This document shows, one piece after another, positions 47,155 through 54,930 of a DNA stretch of 64,000 nucleotides. The notes below the pieces were generated by a model. The model had not been told where the DNA came from. It ran no database searches and saw only the letters and a list, made by a program, of their open reading frames with translations. The stretch spans positions 4,009 through 68,008 of the forward strand of contig ONAX01000009.1 in the NCBI GenBank assembly GCA_900315875.1, written 5' to 3'. Position 1 is the first letter of the stretch. Each line of letters opens with the position of its first letter. Source of the stretch: an uncultured Eubacteriales bacterium (GTDB lineage: Bacteria; Bacillota; Clostridia; Oscillospirales; Acutalibacteraceae). Both the position numbers and the translations under genes were made by a program.

Positions 47155-48698
47155 GAGAATTCCTCCTCGTTCTTTGATGCCTTGGACATGTTGAATGTAA
47201 TAAGTGAACCGGTTGCGCAGAGGATAAATACCATAATACCGATAACGGCAGCAAGGTTATAGTCCTTCTGTGTAACAGTCAGTTTATACAGCCATGTAAC
47301 AAGGAGGTCGGTCTGACCGGCCTGATAGTAGTCCGTAGATGCCGGACCGCCGCCAGTAAGAAGATAGATAACGTTGAAGTTGTTGATGTTTCCTACGAAG
47401 GTGGTGATCAGGTACGGTGTAGTTACGAAGAAGATGTACGGGAGTGTGATCTTTGTGAACTGCTGTACAGCATTTGCACCGTCGATACGTGCGCTCTCGT
47501 AAAGATCCTCCGGGATATTCATAAGAAGACCGGATGTGATAAGCATTGTGTAAGGAACGCCGACCCACATGTTTACAACGATAACGAAGATCTTTGCAAG
47601 AAGCGGATCAGTAATCCACTTGATCGTAACAGTATGACCAACTGCAGCGCTGATCATGAGGTTGATTGAACCGTCGTCTCTGAAAAGGAGGTTCATGAGA
47701 AGGAGTGTAACGAACTGCGGAACAGCAGCGGTTACAACGAATACGGTTCTCCAGAATGCCTTGAACTTGATACCCTTCTTGTTGATGAGAAGAGCAAGGA
47801 TGATACCAGCAACATAGTTTGAGAAGGTTGCAAATACAGCCCATACCAGTGTCCATGCGAGAATCATACCGAAGGTATGAGACTTCATCGGGTTTGCATA
47901 GAATACATCAGCGAAGTTCTGAAGTCCTACCCACCAGAACAGAAGGTGAGGCGGCTGATGCGACTGGTCGTAGTTTGTGAATGCGATAAAGATCGTAAAT
48001 ACGATCGGAAGTACCGTAAATGAAAGCAAGCCCACAACCGGGATGAAGAGCATTGTAACATGGAAACGCTCGTCGAGGAACATCTTCATTTCTGCAATGA
48101 AGCTAATATTCTTTTCGCCGGCAGCCTTTACAAGCTGGGTCTTGTATGCGCTCTTTGTATTTACTATGTATACAACAAAGAATGCAACGGAAATAAGAAT
48201 GGACAGAACACCGAAGAGAAGGATCTTCATGGAGTCGGAACCTTCAACCTGGTGCATAATGCCGAGTGCGTCCGGAATCTGCATTTCTGCCTGATTACCG
48301 AGAACACCGTCCTGAATAATGTGATGACCTGCGCCGTCATTAGGAATATCAACCTCTACGCAGTAGAGCATTGAGATCCAGTATACGCCGAAAAAGATCA
48401 TATAGCAGAAATAACCAACTTCGACTGCAAGGAAGATAAGGCCCTTCATGAACTGGCCATGGAAAATATTACCCATACCCATGAACAGATATGAAAGTTT
48501 GGTTCCGATATCGCCCTTGACAAAGCGCTGACCATATCCCTTGAAGCCATTTCCGATAAACTTGAAAACAGTCTTGAAGAAGAATACAATTATCGAAATA
48601 AGATTCTTGATGGCTCCGGGAATTCCGGTGAAGAAAGATTTGATCTTATATGCAATCTGCTGACCTCTCGTCATCTGCATATAGTCAAGATAGTTCAT
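47151..48698 (-). CDS. Carbohydrate ABC transporter permease (MalF-like, extended)
   Basis: EAA loop (DLYESARIDGANAVQQF) and an extended N-terminal membrane region. ATGA overlap with the next gene. Confidence 0.9.
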   Translation of the reverse strand: MNYLDYMQMTRGQQIAYKIKSFFTGIPGAIKNLISIIVFFFKTVFKFIGNGFKGYGQRFVKGDIGTKLSYLFMGMGNIFHGQFMKGLIFLAVEVGYFCYMIFFGVYWISMLYCVEVDIPNDGAGHHIIQDGVLGNQAEMQIPDALGIMHQVEGSDSMKILLFGVLSILISVAFFVVYIVNTKSAYKTQLVKAAGEKNISFIAEMKMFLDERFHVTMLFIPVVGLLSFTVLPIVFTIFIAFTNYDQSHQPPHLLFWWVGLQNFADVFYANPMKSHTFGMILAWTLVWAVFATFSNYVAGIILALLINKKGIKFKAFWRTVFVVTAAVPQFVTLLLMNLLFRDDGSINLMISAAVGHTVTIKWITDPLLAKIFVIVVNMWVGVPYTMLITSGLLMNIPEDLYESARIDGANAVQQFTKITLPYIFFVTTPYLITTFVGNINNFNVIYLLTGGGPASTDYYQAGQTDLLVTWLYKLTVTQKDYNLAAVIGIMVFILCATGSLITFNMSKASKNEEEFS

Positions 48699-48803
48699 TC
48701 AAAATTCAACTCCTTTATAATTATTTTTGCCGTTAAGTATGAGCAGCCTGCAATGAACACAAGCTGCCCATAACATCAGTTCAACGTATTAAATAATTAT
48801 ACC

Positions 48804-50276
48804 TTAGTTAGCAAAGCCCTCTACTACCTTCTTGAGCTTCTCCTGGAGTTCAGCATCTGTGAGGTTGCCCTTAGCTGTAAGAATCTCGCCGCCGATACCG
48901 CCGACAGGAGTCCAGTACTTACCGCCTGCATTTGACTGCGGCTGTGAGAAGGGACGCTGAGCCTCGATAGCCTGTGCAGCTTCGTCAGAACCGATAGCTG
49001 TGATAGCATCCTTGAGGTAAGCGGTCTCAACCTTGTTCATAGCGTCAGATGTAGCTGTCGGAACGAAGCCTCTTCTGAGCTGTACGCCCTTGGAGTTCTT
49101 CATCCACTGGCCGCTCTCATCCTGGATACCATAGTATCTCTTGAGCTGTGACTCGGGGCATGTGAGGAAGTATGCAAGTACCTGAGCAGATACCGGGAAC
49201 TTAGTAGAAGCGTTAACGCCCTCTACCTTGTAACCACCGAAGGAGCAGAGCTGCTTCTGCTCGCCGTCCATAAGTACGGTCGGGAGCTTAGCTGCGCCGA
49301 GGTTCTTGTCGCCGATCTTTTCCTTGATAGCCGGACCATTCCATGTACCTGTAATTGCAGCAGCAACAGTCTTGTTATCGAAGCCGTTTACAACTGCGCT
49401 GTCATCGCCTGAACCCTTGAAGCCTGCGTCAGCGCTCTCGCAGAGATGTGCGATAGCCTTTGCACCTGAGAGACCCTCGGGGCTGTCGAATGTACCTTCC
49501 TGAGTCTTGCCGTCCTTGAGGTTGATTGTAACACCAGCTGTGAAGAAGAAGCCGGAGTTATACCATGCGTTATCAACAGCCATCATGATGTTGGTGTTGT
49601 TTTCCTTAGCCTTAGCAACCATTGCGTCAAATGACTTGATATCCTCATCGTTGAAGATTCTCTTATCATAATACATGAAGTAACCGTTATCAGCTGTTCT
49701 CGGGAAGCAGTACGGTGTGCCGTCGATTGAGCAAACCTGAACAGCAGCATCGGTGTTGTCAGCCTTTACGTTGTTCATGAACAGCGGAGATACCTGAGCG
49801 ATAGCGCCTGCCTGTACAAGAGCTCTGAGCTGGTCGTCAGCGAAGTTGAAGATATCAGCGCCGACTGACGGGTCTTCCATGATTGCAGCAGCGGACTTAT
49901 CCTCGCCGTAAGAACCGAGAACCTGAACAGAGATCTCGTAGCGGCTGTCTGCATAATACTTCTTGAACTCTTCGATAAGAGCCTTTTCGAATGTAGCGTC
50001 ATCGCCTGAGCACCACATCTTGAGCTTGATCTTGCCATCGTTTTTGCTAGCCTCTTCAGCCATAGCATCCTTCAGAGTAGATGTCATTTCATCAGTAAAG
50101 ATCGGAGTTGCAGTTACAGCTTCTCCGCTTGACTCTGTGGTACCAGAAGTTGCCGGCGTTGTGGCAGGTGTGGATGTAGTCGTAGCGGGTGTACCTGTAG
50201 TACAGCCGGCAAGAGCAGTTGCAGCCATCATGCCTGCGAGAACGATAGCAAGAGTTCTTTTTGTTTTAGAAACCAT
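48804..50276 (-). CDS. Extracellular sugar/maltodextrin-binding lipoprotein
   Basis: Lipobox LAGC, a Thr/Pro/Ser linker and a family-1 solute-binding fold. Confidence 0.9.
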   Translation of the reverse strand: MVSKTKRTLAIVLAGMMAATALAGCTTGTPATTTSTPATTPATSGTTESSGEAVTATPIFTDEMTSTLKDAMAEEASKNDGKIKLKMWCSGDDATFEKALIEEFKKYYADSRYEISVQVLGSYGEDKSAAAIMEDPSVGADIFNFADDQLRALVQAGAIAQVSPLFMNNVKADNTDAAVQVCSIDGTPYCFPRTADNGYFMYYDKRIFNDEDIKSFDAMVAKAKENNTNIMMAVDNAWYNSGFFFTAGVTINLKDGKTQEGTFDSPEGLSGAKAIAHLCESADAGFKGSGDDSAVVNGFDNKTVAAAITGTWNGPAIKEKIGDKNLGAAKLPTVLMDGEQKQLCSFGGYKVEGVNASTKFPVSAQVLAYFLTCPESQLKRYYGIQDESGQWMKNSKGVQLRRGFVPTATSDAMNKVETAYLKDAITAIGSDEAAQAIEAQRPFSQPQSNAGGKYWTPVGGIGGEILTAKGNLTDAELQEKLKKVVEGFAN

Positions 50277-50406
50277 TGTAATGTCCCTCTTTCTGTTAAT
50301 ATAGTTTTTATTCGCACGTTTAGTGCCTCCTGGCAGCAGACACCGACTGCATTACCGACCGCCCGAAGGGCAGAACGATATATAGTGCCTATCAGCCACT
50401 GTAAAT

Positions 50407-50435
50407 ATGATACCATAGGAAACCGTCGATTTCAA
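50407..50435 (-). promoter_or_regulatory. Sigma-70 promoter (extended -10) of the transporter operon
   Basis: Minus strand: TTGAAA, 17 nt, TGgTATCAT. Predicts a ~124-nt 5' UTR. Confidence 0.55.
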
Positions 50436-50754
50436 CAGGTCACTGTCATTTTTATGCATATTAATAAATCTGTTCGCAATAGTTTGTGCAATATGACATC
50501 ACAATTATAGCTTTTTGTAATATTTGCATATTTTAAACAGTGATTATTGTAGATATTATATATTTCGACTTTGTGCAAATTCTCTAATCGAGTTTTTAAG
50601 AATAAATGAATTATGTTTCGGATGTGTTAATTTTCAGCCGTTCAGTTGTAAAAATTGTCTAAAAAAGGTCATTTTCAGAATTATCACTGTCAATTTACAC
50701 AAAATCAAATCATCAAAATGTTTTTACTTTCAAATATCATTTTTGTACAAATAG

Positions 50755-50781
50755 CAAAAAACCACCCTTTTCGGGTGGTTT
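50755..50781 (-). terminator. Intrinsic terminator after the 5S-like RNA
   Basis: Minus strand: AACCACCCG-AAAA-GGGTGGTT followed by TTTTTGC. Confidence 0.75.
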
Positions 50782-50786
50782 ACATT

Positions 50787-50906
<120 letters not shown>

Positions 50907-50912
50907 TTCATT

Positions 50913-50941
50913 ATTATAGCACAGTGTTTTTGAAAATGCAA
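50913..50941 (-). promoter_or_regulatory. Sigma-70 promoter (extended -10) of the 5S-like RNA
   Basis: Minus strand: TTGCAT, 17 nt, TGcTATAAT. The -10 hexamer ends 7 nt before the 5S-like 5' end. Confidence 0.6.
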
Positions 50942-50982
50942 GTGTTTTTTGAAAAAAATTTTATTTTTTTTCGCCAGACCTG

Positions 50983-51276
50983 TCAGCTGTCGGTTTTCTC
51001 CTCTGCTGTCATTTCTTCAGTGTTCCGGCTGCGGTTTTTTCTTTCCATATAGTACACTGCCATGCAGAATATCAGCATAACCGCGGAAACGCCGCGTACT
51101 ATCCATACATACGGGTGCTGCATAAGGTCCGCAGAAAGAAACTCATTCGCAGTCCACCAACCGCCAAGAAACAAAAAATACAGGCTCATCGGCAAAACCG
51201 CACGGCTTTCGCTGCGAAACCTGACAAACAGAACAACCGCAACAAAAAACCATAGTCCTGCATAAACAAATCCCAT
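50983..51276 (-). CDS. Small 3-helix membrane protein (97 aa)
   Basis: GAGGGG SD 6 nt before ATG. Three hydrophobic helices. Confidence 0.55.
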   Translation of the reverse strand: MGFVYAGLWFFVAVVLFVRFRSESRAVLPMSLYFLFLGGWWTANEFLSADLMQHPYVWIVRGVSAVMLIFCMAVYYMERKNRSRNTEEMTAEEKTDS

Positions 51277-51327
51277 TCTTTTCCCCTCTTCTTTTTACGG
51301 CACCCCCAAAAGGGATGCAGGATAATC

Positions 51328-51612
51328 TTAATCAGTATGCTTGCTGCCGGAGGGCTTGTTTTTCATGCCGCCAACAAGCACGCTTATTACAAGCCATGCG
51401 ACAACAGCAATCAGAATAATGTAATGGATAATATCCATTAAGGCATTGCCGGGAGCGATCTGCGATACAGCATAGTCCGCAAGAAGCCAGATTCCCTCTG
51501 ACAGGAACAGAATTGAAACAGGACGATAAAACGGAAGCATCCTCATTCTTGGCGTAAACATAAGCGTAGCAGCCACGAGGCAGCAGACAGCAGCAATAAT
51601 AGGAAGAATCAT
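51328..51612 (-). CDS. Small 3-helix membrane protein (94 aa)
   Basis: AAGGGGTG SD 7 nt before ATG. Own TTGATT-17-TATAAT promoter near 51665-51695. Confidence 0.55.
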   Translation of the reverse strand: MILPIIAAVCCLVAATLMFTPRMRMLPFYRPVSILFLSEGIWLLADYAVSQIAPGNALMDIIHYIILIAVVAWLVISVLVGGMKNKPSGSKHTD

Positions 51613-51710
51613 AAACCGGCACCCCTTACATTATATAGTAACTTACCGGATACCATATCCGGCATCTGTTTAGATTATACATTGTTAATCATCAAAAATC
51701 AAGTCCCACA

Positions 51711-51752
51711 GGCGAGCCTCCGCTGTCAATTCGAACCGTCGCTCGTTACACT
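51711..51752. repeat. Intergenic modular repeat, copy C (partial)
   Basis: GGCGAGCCTCCGCTGTCAAT matches copy B at 17/20. GTCGCTCGTTACACT matches copy A at 15/15. The modules are in the same order. Confidence 0.45.
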
Positions 51753-51804
51753 CAGGATAAGCACTTGCAGCAGGCTTGTTACAGCAATGCTTCCGCAATA
51801 CAGA

Positions 51805-51842
51805 GAAAAAGCATACACACCCGTATTTGCGAGCGTGTATGC
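51805..51842 (-). terminator. Intrinsic terminator after the decarboxylase beta gene
   Basis: Minus strand: GCATACAC-N14-GTGTGTATGC followed by TTTTT. Confidence 0.7.
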
Positions 51843-51861
51843 CCTGATTATCAGATTACTA

Positions 51862-53103
51862 TCATTTCAGCACGCTGAGCAGAACACCTGCTGCAACTGC
51901 CGAACCGATAACGCCTGCAACGTTCGGACCCATAGCATGCATGAGCAGGAAGTTGCCGGGGTTTTCCTCCTGACCGACCTTCTGCGAAATACGCGCTGCC
52001 ATAGGAACGGCAGAAACGCCTGCAGAACCGATAAGGGGGTTGATCTTTCCGCCGGTTGCCTTGCACATGATCTTGCCGAATACTACACCGCATGCGGTAG
52101 CAAGGCAGAATGCAAACAGTCCGAGTCCTGCAATACCGAGCGTCTGCAGGTTAAGGAATACCTTACCGGAAGTAGTAGCGCCGACCGTTACGCCGAGGAA
52201 TATGGTGATGATATTCATCAGCTCATTCTGTGCGGTCTTGCTCAGACGGTCAACAACGCCGCTTTCCTTGAAGAGGTTTCCGAGCATGAGCATGCCTACG
52301 AGCGGAGCAGCGTCAGGCAGAAGCAGTGATACGATAACAACAACGATTATCGGGAAAATGATTCTCTCCAGCTTTGATACCGGACGAAGCTGTCCCATTA
52401 CAATGGAGCGCTCTTTTTTGGTGGTAAGTGCTCTCATGATAGGCGGCTGGATAAGCGGTACAAGCGCCATATAGGAATATGCCGCAACGGCGATCGGGCC
52501 TAAAAGCTCAGGAGCGAGCTTTGTTGTTACGAAGATAGCTGTCGGGCCGTCTGCACCGCCGATGATTGCGATGGAGCCTGCCTGTGCCGGCGTAAAGATA
52601 CCGAGCAGAGTAGCTATAATAAATGTAAGGAAAATTCCGATCTGTGCAGCAGCGCCGAGAATAAAGCTCTTCGGGTTTGCGATCAGCGGACCGAAATCTG
52701 TCATACATCCGATTCCGAGGAATATAAGCGGCGGATAAATGCCGAGCTTTACACCCTGATAGAGATAGTAGAACAGTCCGCCGTATTCAGTGTGGTTATA
52801 ATATGTAATGCCGTCTATCACGGTAGTGGTATAAGAAGCGGGATCAAGCTGCAATGCCTTCATCTGCTCCAGCGTCAGCATTTCCGTAGTAGGCAGTCCC
52901 ATAATATCCGGGAACAGGTTAACTATACACATGCCGAAAGCTATCGGCAGAAGAAGAAGCGGCTCGAACTGCTTTTTTATCGCAAGATACATCAGTGCGA
53001 ATGAAATAACGACCATTACGTAGTTCTGCCACGGCAGCTTTGAAAAGCCCGATTCTGTGAACAGATGGACTATTATCTGCCAAAGCTGATTAAGTATTTC
53101 CAT
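51862..53103 (-). CDS. Na+-translocating decarboxylase beta subunit (OadB/GcdB/MmdB family)
   Basis: Polytopic protein with family-typical IIGGADGPTAIF and AYSYMALVPLIQPPIM. Confidence 0.9.
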   Translation of the reverse strand: MEILNQLWQIIVHLFTESGFSKLPWQNYVMVVISFALMYLAIKKQFEPLLLLPIAFGMCIVNLFPDIMGLPTTEMLTLEQMKALQLDPASYTTTVIDGITYYNHTEYGGLFYYLYQGVKLGIYPPLIFLGIGCMTDFGPLIANPKSFILGAAAQIGIFLTFIIATLLGIFTPAQAGSIAIIGGADGPTAIFVTTKLAPELLGPIAVAAYSYMALVPLIQPPIMRALTTKKERSIVMGQLRPVSKLERIIFPIIVVVIVSLLLPDAAPLVGMLMLGNLFKESGVVDRLSKTAQNELMNIITIFLGVTVGATTSGKVFLNLQTLGIAGLGLFAFCLATACGVVFGKIMCKATGGKINPLIGSAGVSAVPMAARISQKVGQEENPGNFLLMHAMGPNVAGVIGSAVAAGVLLSVLK

Positions 53104-53139
53104 TGGTCAACTTCCTTTCTGGGATTAATTACTGTCTGT

Positions 53140-53520
53140 TCAGAACGGTCTGGTATTATCAAGAACACCTGCTCTTGACCATGCCGAGCGTGACGTTTTT
53201 GATCTGCGAACCGACTGAACCCTGTGCGGACGATCTCCGTACACAGCGTCGACTGCGGCAGCAATAACAGCAATAATCTCTCCGGGAATTTCGCCGTCAT
53301 CCTCATCCTCTTCGTCATCCGTCACAGCCGCTGCAGCAGCCGTATTTTCGTTTCCGACGTTCACCGTCGTTTTCCGGGCTTTCTTCTTATCCGCGGAGTT
53401 CTGCGCTGCGACGATGATCTTGCTGTACAGTGTTACAACTATAATCAGCAGTATCAGCACCACAAAAACCACTATAAACCCTGCGAGAAGGAGAATGAAT
53501 GCCTGCATCAAGTTGTTCAT
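53140..53520 (-). CDS. OadG-family decarboxylase gamma-like subunit
   Basis: N-terminal anchor AFILLLAGFIVVFVVLILLIIV plus an acidic/Ala-rich tail, directly upstream of the beta subunit. Confidence 0.7.
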   Translation of the reverse strand: MNNLMQAFILLLAGFIVVFVVLILLIIVVTLYSKIIVAAQNSADKKKARKTTVNVGNENTAAAAAVTDDEEDEDDGEIPGEIIAVIAAAVDAVYGDRPHRVQSVRRSKTSRSAWSRAGVLDNTRPF

Positions 53521-53668
53521 ATTCTTTCCCCCTGATAAATGTGCGTTCGTTCATAAACGCAATATATATTAATTCTAACATAGTCAGCCGAAAAATTCAA
53601 GCACCGGAGAAAGTATTTCAAAAATTTACTCAAACCGGAAAACAGGCATCATAGCCGGAAAATTTTTC

Positions 53669-53697
53669 TTGACTTTTTATAATGCGGGTGATATAAT
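53669..53697 (+). promoter_or_regulatory. Sigma-70 promoter of rpsF-ssb-rpsR
   Basis: TTGACT, 17 nt, TATAAT. Confidence 0.65.
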
Positions 53698-53720
53698 AAC
53701 CCTGTTATGCGTTAGCATAT

Positions 53721-53767
53721 CCTTGCTCCCGAAGAGGGGGCCAAAAGTCCAGAAGGAGGTGCAAAAA
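53721..53767 (+). promoter_or_regulatory. Candidate S6:S18 autoregulatory leader hairpin
   Basis: CCTTG-CTCCC-GAAGA-GGGGG-CCAAAAGTCCAG-AAGG folds so that the outer stem overlaps the GGAGG SD. Confidence 0.4.
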
Positions 53768-54064
53768 ATGACAGTTATCAATTCTTATGAGGCCGTAATC
53801 GTTATTTCCTTAAAGGCAGGCGAAGAGGCTGTGGCTGAGACTGTTAAGAAATTCAAGGAGCTTATCGAAAAGAGCGCTACAATGGAAAGCGTCGATGAGT
53901 GGGGCAAGAGAAGACTTGCTTATCCCATCAACAAGGAAACAGATGCTTACTATGTTCTCTTCAACTTTAAGTCCGATGCCGAATTCCCGGCAGAGCTTGA
54001 CAGAATCACAAAGATCACTGACGGCGTTCTCCGTTCAATGATCATCAAAAAAGAAGAAGCTTGA
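53768..54064 (+). CDS. rpsF: 30S ribosomal protein S6
   Basis: MTVINSYEAVIVISLKAG...WGKRRLAYPI. ATG at 53768 follows AGGAGG. Confidence 0.9.
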   Translation: MTVINSYEAVIVISLKAGEEAVAETVKKFKELIEKSATMESVDEWGKRRLAYPINKETDAYYVLFNFKSDAEFPAELDRITKITDGVLRSMIIKKEEA

Positions 54065-54080
54065 TCAGGGAGGAAGAAAC

Positions 54081-54551
54081 ATGAATAATGTATCTTTGAT
54101 CGGCAGACTCACTGCAGATCCCGAGCTGCGCACCACACAGTCCGGCGTATCAATGGCAAGATTCAGTGTTGCTGTTGACAGACGCGTAAAGGCTGGCGAA
54201 GAGCGTCAGGCAGACTTTATCAATATAGTTGCTTGGCGTCAGACCGCAGAGTTTGTGTGTAAGTATTTTTCCAAGGGTCAGCGTATTGCAATAACCGGTT
54301 CTATCCGTACCGGCTCGTTCACTGACCGCGAAGGAAACAAAAGATACACTACTGAGGTCTGGGCAGATAATGCGGAATTCTGTGAGTCAAAAGGCAGCGG
54401 CTCGTCATCACATGACGGCGGCAACAGCTACAGCAACAACTACAACAGGCAGTCCTCATACCGTCAGGAAGCTCCGTCCAATGCTGCATACAGCAGCGGC
54501 GACGCAGGCGACTTTGTCGATATGCCTTCGGACGATGACCTGCCCTTTTAA
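54081..54551 (+). CDS. ssb: Single-stranded DNA-binding protein
   Basis: OB fold (NNVSLIGRLTADPELR), Gly/Ser/Tyr-rich linker and DDDLPF tip. Confidence 0.9.
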   Translation: MNNVSLIGRLTADPELRTTQSGVSMARFSVAVDRRVKAGEERQADFINIVAWRQTAEFVCKYFSKGQRIAITGSIRTGSFTDREGNKRYTTEVWADNAEFCESKGSGSSSHDGGNSYSNNYNRQSSYRQEAPSNAAYSSGDAGDFVDMPSDDDLPF

Positions 54552-54576
54552 TTAAAAGACAAGGAGGAAACCTCGA

Positions 54577-54828
54577 ATGGCTGAAAAGATCGAAAGAGAT
54601 AACCGCAGAGGCGGACGCAAGGGCCGCAAGAAGGTTTGCGCATTCTGCGTAGACAAGATCGACGTTATCGATTACAAGGATATATCCAGACTTCGCCGCT
54701 TCATGTCTGAAAGAGCGAAGATTCTTCCCCGCAGAGTAACCGGTACATGCGCACGTCATCAGCGTGAGCTTACAGTTGCTATCAAGCGTGCAAGATATCT
54801 TTCACTTCTTCCCTATACAAGCGACTGA
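54577..54828 (+). CDS. rpsR: 30S ribosomal protein S18
   Basis: [15 protein letters not shown]...[25 protein letters not shown]. Confidence 0.9.
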   Translation: MAEKIERDNRRGGRKGRKKVCAFCVDKIDVIDYKDISRLRRFMSERAKILPRRVTGTCARHQRELTVAIKRARYLSLLPYTSD

Positions 54829-54881
54829 TTTTAAAAAACAGAAACGCTGCACCGACAGGTGCTTCAGATCTGCAAATGTCA

Positions 54882-54916
54882 AAGCCGATGAATTTCTTAT
54901 TCATCGGCTTTTTTGC
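54882..54916 (+). terminator. Intrinsic terminator after rpsR
   Basis: AAGCCGATGAA-N7-TTCATCGGCTT followed by TTTTGC. Confidence 0.75.
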
Positions 54917-54930
54917 TGCTTATTTACTTT

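Noticed and set aside
51682-52329. 215-aa ORF antisense to the decarboxylase beta-subunit gene
   Set aside because: It is a shadow ORF of a strongly supported membrane-protein gene. It starts in an intergenic repeat and has no RBS.
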